Counted from the stretch's first letter, positions 1 through 12,978 are shown. The stretch: 64,000 nucleotides of DNA from Fimicolochytrium jonesii (GCF_025526975.1 NW_026515669.1:744001-808000); one strand, 5' to 3'. The notes: generated from the sequence alone by a model not told the origin. Made by a program: numbers and translations.

Positions 1-1501
1 CTATACACAGCGAGAATCGCCTTGCGTTATTATCGAGTTTCCTCAGAGTGAAATGGTGGACCCATAATCTCACCTGCATGAACACAGCGAACGTATTCCT
101 GGCAATCACCATCCCCGATCCGGCCGGGATAGGAGCACCTTTCACAAGATGCGGCGTGGCAACCAACAAGCCCCGACTAGCAATCTGCGCCGCCTCACCA
201 ATCTGGAACGCAACCGCGTCCTTGGGGATCTTGACCTTAACGAACTTGCCCCCACGGGTCTTGATGTACAACCCGGACTGAGCGAGGTTCCTGCCCATCT
301 GCGCGTTCTGCGCCGCAATGTTCGCGGCGTCGATCTCGGTGTATGTTCCTGCCTCGCTTTCGTCAACGTACATGGCGCTCGTGAGACCCGTCAGCATCGA
401 GTGGTCGACGTGCAGACCACACCAGGAGTCTTCGGGTTGGGTAGAGTCCGCGGTCGTGGTGGCGGTTTCGGGCTTAGCGGGCTCTTCGATGGGGAAGTAG
501 TGGAGGAGACGGGCTTTGACAGTGGTGGATTCTGCGATGGCACTTTCGAGGAAGTTCGCCGGGAGGTCGGGATGCTCTTTGGAGAGGTATTTGTCGCAGT
601 GGCGGGCGACTAGCTGCCCAGTTTTGACGATCAGGCCTCCCAACTGGTGCGAAGTAGATTGAGATTAGAGGACTGAGATCAGGATGCGGTGCAGTCCTTG
701 TGGGTATACCAGGCAAACTTACATCCATGAAAGCGTCCTTGAGTTCAGGCAGCTCTTCCGCCCAGACATTAGAACATCTGGTTCGGGTTCAGGAGCTTAG
801 CAAGTTTGCTTCTTACTGCACATCCCCTTCACTGACACTCATGTCATTCATCAAGGCTCACCCATAGGCGGGAAACTTCTTCTTGTACTCCTCGTCAGCG
901 TTTGGCACAACATCGTAGACGGGGTCTGAGAGGATGTACATCAGCGATAATGAGGTTTGACTTTTTTTGAAATCTGCAAATTAGACACTAACTGTTGTAG
1001 AGAGAACCCTTGGCGAAGTCTGCCTTGCCGTTCATGATCTCCTTCCCGTGTGACCTGCACATACCGGATAAGACGCCTCATTGAATATCCGAGAGTTTCT
1101 CCCGACTGGCGGCCTCACTCTACTCACCAACCAAACAGGTACGACGACTCTTCGTGCTCGGCCTTCTTCAACGCCTCCTGGGGCAGGTTGGCCAGTGCTG
1201 ACGCCAACTTCAGGAGCTTCTCACGCTTTCCGACATAGCCCTGAAAGTGTTGAAAGGGTATATGAGAAGAACCATCTCTACATCGGCACTAAGCTCGCCT
1301 ACTCCCATATCCGCCTCCTCGCCCCTTTTTCCCTACCGGAACATTAGTGACCACGCACGCACCGAGGCCTTCGGCTCCAAAAGCACTCTGCAGCTGAGTG
1401 GTCAAGTCGACCGAGTCTGAGACCAGGTCATTGTAGTCCAGCACGACCAGACTGTCGTGGACGGCCGGTGGCGGGAGGATAGTCTCTTGAGGGCCCAACA
1501 T
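1..1501 (-). CDS. 2-oxoglutarate/Fe(II)-dependent dioxygenase (isopenicillin N synthase-like); multi-exon, 3' end probably runs off the window
   Basis: Spliced minus-strand exons read MLGPQETILPPPAVHDSLVVLDYNDL..SAFGAEGLGACVVTNVP / REKLLKLASALANLPQEALKK..SSYLFGW / HGKEIMNGKADFAKGS / KARLLHYFP..DSWCGLHVDHSMLTGLTSAMY..GLYIKTRGG..AFQIGEAAQIASRGLLVATPHLV..RNTFAVFMQ. The HxD...H iron-binding triad is present. Confidence 0.8.
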
Positions 1502-1874
1502 AACTGGTAAAAGAAATACAACGTGATTTTCAAGTAACTCAAAAACGGTATCTGAGGTCCCCTTGGAAAATAATGCTCCAAAGCAGGACAGGGAATTCAA
1601 CCACTACGAAGGAATATATATGGCCAACATGGAGCGTCGGCACCTTGGCCCTTTCCTTTTCACTGTCGTGGAAGTGACCTCCGAGGCCATTCCCTTATTA
1701 CGGGACACCAACAAAAACGCGTTTTTGAGCTCGTGACACTCTCCGACCGTCATTGACGGCCTGACAGTTTGCGAGCGCATAAACGCCGCACAATTCCAGG
1801 GATGTGCATACCGTATGCAGTGACGTTTGGTTCGTTTATTACGGCCGCCTTTGTTTCTACGGGCTATATCTCGT

Positions 1875-2880
1875 CTACATCTCGTCCTCAGAAACAGAAA
1901 GATCCTCTTCTGGGAAATCTCCGACTACTACACAGTCAGGCCAGACCAATACGCCATGCTTGTTAGGGCATGAGAAATATTTCACAACTTGTAGTACAGT
2001 GAAAGCGGAGAAGGCGTAAACATGTGCGAAGTCCATCTGATGAGCTTGTTGTCTGTCTAGCTTCGTAACGTAAACCTACCTTCCATCATGTTTTCCCAGT
2101 AGCTCGTCTCCACACCAACCCAGAACCCTGCTTTGAACTCCACATTGCCCACAACCCCGATAGTGCCTTTCATGCGCCTCGACAGGCCAGCAGCGACATC
2201 TTCCATGCTAACTTCTGGTGGTACTTCACATCTATCACTCACTTTCATTGATGGCGGTGTTTGGGGGTGTTCCGGCTCAATTGGACACCCTGCTTGTTCA
2301 GCAAACTTGCAACGTTTATTCCATTTGAGGAAAGCACCGTACCGAGTCTGATGGTTGATGTTGGCGTTGGGAACATGAGGGGAGAGAAATCTCATATAGG
2401 ACCCGCCACATAACTGAACACACCGGTCCGTTTGTCATAATCAGCATCCGTGAATCCAAACTTCTCCACCTGGTATACATCGCTGAGTTCCGTGCCGCCG
2501 TCGTGGATTCAGATCTGTGACCTGCACCAGAAGCACATCAGCATCTCCGACTTCTGTCAGGAAACCAAATGAAATCCATGGGGCCATCTCCAACCTGCAC
2601 CCTCAAGAAAACCTGCACTGGGCAGTACTTCATTTTTCTCATTATCCTCAATAGACAAACTAGTTGATCTGTCGACGTGTAAAAGCTGATTTTCATTGTC
2701 GCTGCGGTACGCCTGGTGTGGGTTCCAGCTGTTCCTGTCACGTTCTCGGTCAAGATGGACAAGATTCGCCATTGTGAGCCCACCTTCAAGTGCTCGACTG
2801 TGATGCTTTTGCAAACCGTCTCTCGGAGGCAGCGCCTCGCTTGCCAGCGAAGACGGTCACGATCGGATTTGGACGTCCAA
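1875..2880 (-). pseudogene. Tubulin-folding cofactor B (TBCB/Alf1) pseudogene, Ubl + CAP-Gly domains, introns retained
   Basis: Collinear fragments PIVTVF..ASERRF/KSITVEHLK, MKISFYTSTDQLVC, QVEKFGFTDADYDKRT, GTIGVVGNVEFKAGFWVGVE/LLGKHDG and [35 protein letters not shown]. Frameshifts near 2810 and 2105. Confidence 0.8.
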
Positions 2881-3317
2881 TGCAACCGCTTTTTGGTAGT
2901 CGTTCGTTGTTAGGGCGAGACGTGGCTAATAGGGCAGGCAATGCGTATCAAGTTGTGAAGATGCCGAGGGAAAACAACGTGTTCAATCACAGTAGCTTTG
3001 GCGAACTAACTCAACCTTATTCAAACCATGCTTGTTCAATGCCCTCAGCAATTAGTTCAGACGACGTGGCGCGGCGAAGCTTGCTCCTCGCTCTCACCTT
3101 TCAGATTCAGATAACTTCCGTGTGAAATTGCTTTTGAGTGGCTCGACAGAAAAGGTGGGGTTGCGTTGCAGGCATTTACGCGTTGGGTTCATGTTCATGC
3201 GCCGTCGGCTAAAAAGTTTTGGCTACGTTGTCCAGCAGTAGTTCGACTCATCAGACCCCGAACATATCGCTTCCAATCACGCGAAAGTTTACGCCTCGCT
3301 GATATCTGTCGCATAAG

Positions 3318-5690
3318 ATGACGACTCCCACGGCAGGAGGAATCCCGGCCGACCGCGGGCCGGCTGTGGTGTTGCGTATATCACTTCCATCTCAGGATTG
3401 GCAGAAGGCAGTCAAAGCGTATACAAAGGAGTCAATATGGAAACTGAAACAGCATATCATGGAGAAGATGGCCAGCGGGATAGAAGACGCGTTGAATTAC
3501 GGGATATTTGTGCCTGCGGACTCAAAGACGGGGAAGCAGGGGAAATTCCTCGATGAGAAGCGTGAGCTGGGCTCGTTTAGCCCGGAGAATAACGTATGTA
3601 CGCCATTGTTCGTATCGTTTGCCTTTACGCTCGGAAATCGATATATCCTCACCATGTCTTTTCGTAGTGGCTGCTGGAGTTTGTACCGAAGCATCGAGTC
3701 TGGTCATCTTCAGCGGCTACCGATGCCGATGCGGCGCCCGGATCGCCGTCCATCAACAGCAAAAAGAAGCAGAAGAAATTCTTTGAGGATGTTCAGAAGG
3801 GAAATATTGACAAAGTCAAGGAGCGAGGCCAGAGAGGAATAGATCCAAATTTTTGGTCGGAAAGCGGAGGTAAGGGGGAAACGGCCCTGTGAAACGTATT
3901 CGTCTATTAGTCTCACATGGACTTGTCAACTGGTCAAACAGAATCTCCGTTGTCCGTGGCGGTCATGAACAATGACAAGGAAATGATCGGTGTGCTTCTG
4001 GAAAATGGCGCTATGTCGGATTACAGATTGGGAAAGAAAGATGGCTGGAAAACTCCACTGCACCTTGCGGCCTTGAACAATAAAGTCGTTGCTCTGCAAG
4101 TAAGTGACAGCACTAGGCTTTTCTGACGCGATCAAAGCTCTAACTACGTGTGCCATGTAGACGCTTATTTCGTATGGTGCATGGATAAACTGCCCAGACG
4201 GCGTTGGACTGACGCCGCTCTATTACGCAACCTTACATTTACATGCGGATGCCGTGCTGCGCTTGCTAGTAGCGCGGGCGGACACGGAGATTTTTGACGA
4301 ATCTGGGAAAGGCCCTCTGCATATGGCATGTTTCCACAACCATGAGGCCATCGCATCCATTTTGATTGACCTGGGAGCAAATCTGAACGCCCCCAACGCC
4401 GTCGGGAACACGCCATTGCATGTATGCGCCACGCGAGATGCCAAAGACTGTGCGAGGTGGCTTCTGCTTCGAGGTTGCGAAAGGGAGTTGGTCAACAAAA
4501 GTGGGCAAACTGCAGCTCAATTGGCGGGGTTGAGCGGGAGTAGCGAAATCGGGGACCTGATCAAGAAGTGGACCGATGCGCAAGTGATCCCGCCGCCCCC
4601 GAAACCGGTGCAACCTGGGGAGGACTTGCAGCATGTGTTGGCTGCAGTCCCTGCGATTCCTAGAGCAGGAACCAGCACACACTCTCGAGCCGCGTCGACC
4701 GACGTTAACCATGATCCACGGAGGGTATCGATGCTTCCACCAGGAGACACGCTTCCGCGATCGGCATCGAAGCGAGAGTCTATGCTGCCCGGAAGCACGT
4801 TATCCCATGTGGCATCGGGCAACTCGACACCGATTGCAAAACGAGCTAGCACCGCGACAGGGAAGAAACCAAGGAAAAGCGTATTTTCGGGCGAGAAGTT
4901 TATCCCACCGCCGCCGACATCAGCTCGACCTCTGAGCGTGGTAGGCGGACCCGTGCCAGGAAGTACGAGACCGTCTTCGATAGGTAAAGAAAACGCCTCA
5001 AAGCGTACGAGTCTCGAAGCGGGTGTTGGACATAAAGTCTCTGAGACGCCCAGAGCGTCGGTGGCGCGCCCTCCCGACGCGCACGCATCAGCAGGAACCA
5101 ACACACCAGCAAACCTTTCTGCACAATCATCGGCCGGCGATGTCAAAGCTGTACTCAACGGAACTGCGGCGGATAACAAAGCGGCTAACCGCCGATCGAT
5201 AATGAACTTCATCCCAGCGCCTGCAGGCCCGCCACCAGCGCATCTCTTAGGGCTCGCGGCGGGGTCCAAACCGGCTGTGCCGTCCCCGCTGCAATTTGCA
5301 GCGCCGCCACCACCCAAGCTGGCACCACCAGCGCCAGCAAGCCTGCCGCCAGCACCTATATTACCACCGGGACCTCATTCGCGAGCGGCATCCTTAGACG
5401 TGTTGCAAGAGGTCGAACCGGCATCTGCTGTTGAAAAGCCGGAAGCTCCCGCCAGTGACGTTCCAGCGACGGACAAATCAACCACCGAATACGCCGCTAT
5501 GCGCGCGCAAGCGCAGCACATCATCACTATGTTGCAAACCGCGCTGCATGGGGAAGAGGAGCATCTGGAGGTTGACCTGGAAATGCTGCTTGACGGGTTC
5601 GGGGCGCTGGAAAAGGCGCTGGTGGACACTGAGCTCAAATGTCGTGAATTGGAGCTGAAGCTGAGACAGGAGGGTGGTGCTGTTAGCTGA
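3318..5690 (+). CDS. SHANK-like protein: SPN (FERM-F0-like) domain, ankyrin repeats, proline-rich region, C-terminal helical/coiled-coil segment; 4 exons
   Basis: Exons about 3318-3593, 3669-3868, 3942-4099, 4161-5690. Motifs SIWKLKQHI..IEDALNYGIFVP..GKFLDEKREL, KKFFEDVQKGNIDKVK..GIDPNF..ESPLSVAV, WKTPLHLAA, GKGPLHMAC, GNTPLHVCA. Confidence 0.75.
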
Positions 5691-6203
5691 TCACTGGCCA
5701 GGAACTCCTCTATTGTTTCCACATATGTGTGGTCCTGGGCGAGCTAAATATGTGTAGACACTACAGCATACACTGTCTTGCGGTTGCTGTCTGCGTCACA
5801 TGATGGTCCTTCTGGCAAGCATCAGACTTCATGGTATCGAGTAATCTGCTCTTTTGAGAGCACATGGGTGTCCATTATACCTTCACTTCTTTTTGGAATG
5901 TTACGAATAGTTTAACAACGTCCTTGGATTAGAGCGGACATGAGGATTTTTTTTTGAAATACAACACGCCTTTTGAAGATGCATCTAAGAAAGCAACTTC
6001 ATTTCAATCAATCAAGTCTCCTAACCGAACACAGGACTGAGGCGACCACAACTACACGATTTCTCTATGGGAAGCCAGATTCAGGCCCCTGTACATCGGA
6101 GGGAGGGATGGATCCACTACGTAATAGGTGCCTACATAGCTTCCGATATATGTAGGCTTGGCACACCAAATGCGCTCCATATACGCCTTTCAAATCCACG
6201 CAT

Positions 6204-8571
6204 TCAGGACGCAGGGGTCGCAAGTGCTGGTTCCGCGGCATCCGACTGTCCCAGTTCCAGTGCTTCTATAGTTTCGCCATCCGTTTCTTCAATCTCGGAT
6301 GGTTTCGTCGTTTCAGTACCGTGATTCGCCGTTGGGAAGGCATCCGCAGCTTTCGTCATGAGAGATATGTAGTCGATGCTCAGATTCAGAACCGCGGCTG
6401 AGTCAGAAGGTAAGTATCCTACAGATTGCACTGCGCAGTTATGTTGAAGACCGGCCAGAACCTTGCTGTGCTGCCAACTCGGTGCGAATGGCAACTAGAT
6501 CCCGATCCACCTTGTCCAACTTTGACAGATTGTAAGTCCGTGATTCAGAAACTATGAGCCGGTAATCAGTTCAGCCACATACCTCCATCTGTTGCAACAA
6601 ACATTGTTCTTGATACTCCGCAAGATCTATAGAAGCTGTCTGAGTACACTGCGGCAACGAAGTTCAGCAACGGTACCGCGGAACCTTGCAAAGCGTTGTT
6701 AGCAGCAAGCTCGTTCTCCTGTCGCTGGAAAGAGTATTCAAAAGAGTATCAGAGGTTAAACGCCATCATCATGGAAAGTGGGTCGCCGACTATCACTCAC
6801 AGCACTGGCGCACTGATCCCTCAAATTTGCGAAATCTAACTGCATGACATCCTCAGACTGTGGCAATTCTCGCTGTCGAGCATTGAAGGCCATGCCTGTT
6901 GGCGCTCCTACCATAAATGTCATCAAACGGGCAATCAGATCTCCTGTGGTCTGCCACACAAGCACATACCTGAGTGAGACGACTCAACTGGCTCTCCACT
7001 TGAGAAACAGTCCGGTGCCCGATCTTTAAGGTTGCTACCGCTTTCTGTATCAGTGTAGGAGCACGATTCCCTTCCCCCGTTCCAATCGCTTTTGCTATGA
7101 CGCAGATGTCCACCAAAATCACCATCAGTCTCAGGAGTAACTGAACTTCTCAATGACTTTTGTAAAACGGGCACGTCGAGCGCAGAAACATTTCGAGCTT
7201 GATGCGCGTGTGGGCTTTGTGGAAGATACTCATCTCTAGCTTTCGGAATTTGAACGGGTGACATGCGTGATTGTGAAGATTCCAAAGTTGCCTCATACGG
7301 GTCGCTTGTCATTGTCCGAGGTTGAACCGGCGTGAAGGGTTTCGTCGATGATGCATGAGGATTCACCCGCGTGGGAAGCTTGAGACCTGTGAACTTGCCC
7401 CTTGTTTCCGGTCTGGGCGAGGGGTAGACTACGCTCTGTTCATCAGAAGCCTTTTCGCCATTGCCTGCGGTGCCGGAAACATCGCTTTGACCGCTGTCAA
7501 CTCCAGTGCGAACGACATTACGATTCGGAGTGGCGACAGGAGTCACCGGTACCGTTGGTTGACGAACGGAGGTCCGCCCTACAACGAATTTAATTAGCTC
7601 TAGCCGATAGTACCATGCTACCATAACCGAACCTGTAAGAGGTCGCATTTTAAAGAGCTTCAAGAAGAGCGTTAACCTTTGATTGTTCATGTTTTCAAAA
7701 CCTGGCGCTTACTTTCGGGGTGACCGGCTTAGCTTGTTCAACATCATTCGCGGTATTTTGTTCAACAGGCATCTGCATACGCCCAGTTTCAGGGACGTTG
7801 TCTGAGTGCGACGAACATCGGATGGATGAGCAAGAAATCGAATGGCATGGCATCCAACGCCGAGATGCGTACCAGATTCACTGGGAGACTTGCTCGGGGC
7901 GCGCCTCAAAGACGGAATGGGCGTCGAAGCTTGACGCGGTGTTTGCGAAGGTTTGACAAGCACTTTCCCACGGTCAGCATCGACATTTTCAACCGGCGTC
8001 GAGCGAGTCTCCGAAGGTCCTGAAAAAGGTGTAGTAGGAGGCCTGAATCTTTTCAAAAGGGGCTTAGGCGCAGAAGCGAGCTTGTTTGGTTGAGCGAGCT
8101 GATGCTTCCTGGCTCCTCCAGTTTCGTAGACACTTTCCTGCTCCACGGTATGCTCACTGGTAAGCGTTTGGGCAGCGACATCCGGACTGGTACTCTTCAG
8201 CCCCAATAGGCAAACGCCTGCCAGCGGTTTGAAAAGGGCGGCGGACTGGCCTCTGTTAAGGCGCTTTCGAGGAGGGAGCAGGAGAGACGGTGCGGACGGT
8301 TCGTTGTTATTGCCCAGGATGGCATTGATGTCGAAGAAGGGTTGCGAATCCGAGGGCGAGGGACTGCGCTTCTTTCCTGCGATTTGGCTGTCTTCGCCCG
8401 TAGCTTCTCCCATATTGAAGGCGCTGTTTGTAATACAACGTGGTTGCTTCGGAAACCGTATACGATAGGGGATGCAGATCTGCGTGGGAAAAAGGTCAGA
8501 ACGGAAGACGCGAACCGCTGACGTTGGATCGAAGTCAAAACCTCCCGCTCCTCGCGCGTCGCAGCTTCCAT
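6204..8571 (-). CDS. Hypothetical multi-exon protein with disordered S/P/T-rich N-terminal half
   Basis: Consecutive long minus-strand ORFs (7709-8413, 6935-7690, 6756-6965, 6204-6494) with plausible GT-AG introns; no family recognised. Confidence 0.55.
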
Positions 8572-8949
8572 GTTTTCACTTTTTACAAGTCAGATTCGAC
8601 CACCATATAACAAAACAGCACCAGATTTATCATGCACTTGCACGGGTATTTATTTACTCAAGAAGGTTCCAAGACTATATACGCACAAATCTAAGTACGT
8701 CCGCAAAAGAATCGCTCGGATTAGATGACAAAGGAGTAACCTAGACGGCACGTAGAGAAATCTACGATTCACCAAGAACGGCCGAAGCTAGGTAATAGGT
8801 CTGGGAAGTAGCTACAGGAATGTCAGTAAACTGATCCCCCGCCGCCATGAGGAAAGGAACCCCGATTGCGCGTTAATGGCCTACGACCTGTCATTCCAAG
8901 GGAATCGTGGGTTAAGTCGAGACTCGATGATGAAGGCTGCCCTGATCAG

Positions 8950-10602
8950 TCACTTACCGTATGCGAAACCGGCACTCGACATCGGCCTTTGCGCGTCGAC
9001 AGGTGGGCCCATTGCGAGTTGAGCATATGGATTGTTCTGCCGAAGTCCAAATCCGGGGAGAGGTTGTTGAATGCTCCGAGATGATGCAAAGGTCTGTCGC
9101 ATGGCGGTTCTGGGACGGCTGTTCCCCGCGCTGGTCCCCGGCCGACCTCCTCCTAGCTGGTTATTCATCATCCCAGACGTCGCCGCGGAGCGTGAAGGCG
9201 CCATCGAAGGAGCGGGCATGACGAAAGACGACGAATATGTGGGTCCCGATGGGTAGAAGGCCCCATCGGTCTGCATCGCGTTCATCGACCATTGATCTGG
9301 TTGCGGAGCCTGCATAGGATTCATCGGCTGTCTCGCATAGTTTGTTGAATTATGGACTGGTAGATCTGAGTACACCGGCTGCTGTGGGGCTTTAGAGGAG
9401 TTACGCCGTTGAGACGTCATGAAATCGGGCTGGGCTTGCTGCATATCCATAGGCTCCGGTCCGCCATGCGTCGAGCCCCAGTTCCCACTTCCACGGATTG
9501 AGTTCAACCTTGAACTCCCGTTCTGTCGTATTGTTGTATTGTCGCGGGCATTGGACGGAAGGCTCAGTCGTTGCGGTGGGTTTGGCGTTTGCACATTAGG
9601 CCGTCCACTTGGAGAACTGCAAACAGATCGACTACTGTAATCGGAGGCATGAGCTCCTGAGAGGACTCGAAAAGCTTCGATCCGCTTCTAACCTTTGAGG
9701 TCTTCCGGTGCTATTCTTCCCCGGCGTTCCACTGTGCGGACTGACATATGTGGCGGGAGTTTTCTGTCCTCCTCCGCTCTTGAGCCGATCCCGCTCCTCC
9801 TTGAGAAGCCGAATTTCCTGATCCTGTAGCCGCACTTCGTCCTTCGCCTTCTGCAGAGCTCTTGCTCCAGAAGTCAGAGTTTTCCCGGGAGCACGTCTAC
9901 CAGAATCGCCTTGCCTACCTCGTCGCTTCTCGGTATTTTCGACTGTATTCCATGTTTTTTATTTTTAGGTGCCGCAGCAATTTCACAGCGTTCCCATTTT
10001 GAAACTGCTCTGATTCGTCAGAATGGCGCACTGGGGTCGCAGGTATTGTCAGTGTCACCTTACCTGCCAAACTTTGACTGCGTCCTCTAAATGTACTATC
10101 GCGGGAATAAAGATCCTCTCAACTTCCTCTGGCACCTGTGCGCTATGCGCTTCAGTTTCGAAGCCCATCGTCGTTCGAGATAGGCATCGAAACCCACCTC
10201 CGTTCTCAGCTCTACGACAGCCGTTTTCTGACCACATATTGGACACAGAAGCTCCGCCTGTGCGTCGTTCGACAATGCCGCGACGTTCTCGCTGTTTTCC
10301 TGTAGGAGGCAGCTATTGCATACGATATGAGCACAATTCGTAACGTAGTACGTCGTGGTGCCCGGTACGTCGTCGACAGCTCGGGGCACTCCACCCACTG
10401 GACACCGAAAAGCGTGTTCATGGGAAAAACATCTGCGGTGCGAAAAAGTCAATTGGCTGGTCGTCCAAAGGGAAGCTGGTGGCGTGCCCTACCTCCCGCA
10501 ATGCAGCCAATGGAGATCGGCATCGTAAGCTGGATCTGGCGCGTCCGAGTCCTTTTGGGGCCGGCTACCGCTGACGTCCGTGATCCGGGAGTGCGCAGGC
10601 AT
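8950..10602 (-). CDS. RNF212/Zip3-like meiotic RING E3 ligase (RING, coiled coil, disordered tail)
   Basis: Spliced N-terminus MPAHSR..DLHWLHCGRCF..YYVTNCAHIVCNSCL..CPICGQK..VPEEVERIF..VKVWQ/FQ, followed by a coiled coil (LQKAKDEVRLQDQEIRLLKEERDRLK) and an S/P/Q-rich tail. The 3' end is approximate. Confidence 0.7.
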
Positions 10603-10936
10603 GCCTGTCGGTTGTGTGAGAGGAGTTTCAGGCGTTTGGTTTGCAATGGCGATTCCGTGGGACCGTGGGAAAATGAGGCAAACTTGTCATCGCGAGCTGC
10701 GCTCAGCCAGACGCGCTCGTACTGTTAAGATCTTTTGGCCAGAATAGCAGGACGCAGTAGTACGCGGAGTCCGTTAACGTACAGATACATGTACGTACAT
10801 ACATATATACATACCATTCGTTAACCGCAATACTGAAATAGTGATTGAAGTACACCGCATTTAAATACGAACAGAAGCAAGTACAGAAACGAACGACGAA
10901 CCCGCACTAATGAAGCATTTCTCCTAACATAACCGC

Positions 10937-12364
10937 CTATAAGTCGTAGCCAGGGATATCCTCAATCTTCATCGTCAAGATGTCCTTCAACGCCTTGTCG
11001 ATGATCTCCACGCCGTGCATCAGATCATCCTCGCTGATGCACAATGGAGGAGCGAGACGGATGATGTTCTGATGGGTTGGTTTGGCCAGGAGACCGTAGT
11101 GCTTCAACAGGAGACACAAGTGCCATGCGGTCTTGTCGAACTTCGACTCGTCGATCACAATGGCGTTCAAGAGCCCGCGTCCGCGGACAAGGGATATCAG
11201 TGGCGACTTGAGGTCTTCGATGGCAGCGCGAAATTTGACTCCCAAATCGTAAGCACGCTCCGACAGCTTCTCTTCACGAATGACCTCCAGCGCGGCCATG
11301 GCGACTGCTGATCCGAGAGGGTTTCCTCCATATGTTGAGCCGTGCTCACCAGGCTGAATGCACAACATGATCTCCTTCGACGTCAGAACGGCCGAGACGG
11401 GGTAGACACCACCGGAAAGAGCCTTTCCGAGAATGAGGATGTCTGCCTTGATGTTTTCGTAGTCAATGGCGAGCAGCTTTCCTGTTCTTGCCAGACCGGT
11501 TTGGATCTCGTCGGCGATGAACAGCACGTTGTGCTTCTTACACAGCTCGTATGCCTTGGTAAGATAACCTTCGTCGGGAACGAAGATCCCCGCCTCTCCT
11601 TGAATCGGCTCAACGAGGAACGCGGCGGTGTACTTTCCGTGCGCCTCCAAAGCTTTCTCCAGGTCATCGATGTTGTTGTAGCGGACCGTGATCCCTTGTG
11701 GGGTGGTGCAGCTGATATTTGGGACGAAGGGACCAAAGTTCGTTGTGCTGTCGGGATCAGTAGACATGGAGATCACACCGAGGGTCCGACCATGGAAGTT
11801 GCCAGTTGCGGAAAGGATGAAGGCTTGCCCTTGTGGAATACCCTTTTTCATGTAACCCCACTTCCGCGCGAGCTTGAGCGCAGTTTCGACACCTTCAGCA
11901 CCGGTGTTCATAGGGAGGACCATTTCGTAGCCGAAGTACTAGAAAAATGAGAAAGTGAGCAACGAGTTCCGGAGATTGAAAGGGATGCGGGATAGCGCGA
12001 TCCTTACCTCAGTCATGTATTTTGCAAAGCGACCAAAAACGTCATTGTAGAACGCGCGGGAGCTCAGCGTCAGCTTCTGCGCCTGCTCCACAAGAGCTCC
12101 GACAATCTTTGGGTGGCAGTGACCCTGGTTGACAGCGGAGTATGCGCTCAGGAAGTCGAGGTACTGGCGACCCTCAGGGTCCCAAACGTATGCGCCTTTT
12201 CCCTCGCTGAACACGACTGGTACGGGGTGGTAGTTGTGTGCACCATACGTGTTCTCGAGCGCCATGACATCCTCTGAGGTGTAGGTGCAAAGTGGCTTCT
12301 TGGGGCGAGACGCCTCGCCGAGGACCGGGCGGGTTGGCTCGTCAGTGACGTGAGAAGACAGCAT
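10937..12364 (-). CDS. CAR2: Ornithine aminotransferase; 2 exons (intron about 11940-12007)
   Basis: [77 protein letters not shown] (PLP lysine), [12 protein letters not shown]. Confidence 0.97.
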
Positions 12365-12970
12365 GGTGGGCGTGTTGGAAGTTATGATTGGGTTGTATTG
12401 GTTGCAAATGTATGCGAGATTTCAAGTTGCTTTTTGGTGGATAAGGTGTGGGGGAGAAATCCGAAAGGCAGGGACGCGCTTATATACATTTTGAAGGCAA
12501 GAATCCTTATTCGAAATGCGCATAACTCAGACCCTCACTTCAGACTCAGAGCGAGCGTTGCATCACGCGTCGATGTCAGGAGACCCATTCCACCACCTCC
12601 ACCGACACGGCGTTCAAAAAAAGAAAAGACGGAGAAGGTAACCGGAAAAAAAAAGGGAGCCCGAACTTGGAAGTCACCGGGTGGCGATGTACGGAAACGT
12701 GGGCATCCACGGCCAGCAGGTCTCTGCTCTCCTGCGGTTTGGCCTCGCATCCAGGGGTCAATCACATCACAAAATCCTTGGAGGCTTCTATTCATAGCAA
12801 CAGCGTCTGAAACTCTACGGAGATGCCCTTCATTTAGGCGGCCGGGATGGGAATAGAAGTTACCAAGATAGTTTTAACCAAAAATGGGACCTTCAATTTA
12901 AGTTCGCCCGGTCGCCGTCTCGGTGTAGGATGAAACCAACGCTGCGTCCGTACTACATACCTTAAAAGTG

Positions 12971-12978
12971 ATGACTCA
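12971..12978. promoter_or_regulatory. Candidate Gcn4/CpcA (AP-1-type) site ATGACTCA, about 600 bp upstream of OAT
   Basis: Exact TGACTCA core in the upstream region of an amino-acid metabolism gene. Confidence 0.3.

Noticed and set aside
4517..5317. 266-aa antisense ORF over the SHANK-like gene, and similar shadow ORFs over OAT, ILV5, CFAP57, POL5 and CDS1
   Set aside because: Expected antisense shadows of GC-rich coding sequence; no independent motifs.
10757..10815. GTAC/ATAC-rich microsatellite-like tract (similar ones near 32640 and 40945)
   Set aside because: Short low-complexity intergenic sequence without a regular repeat-spacer structure; not CRISPR-like.
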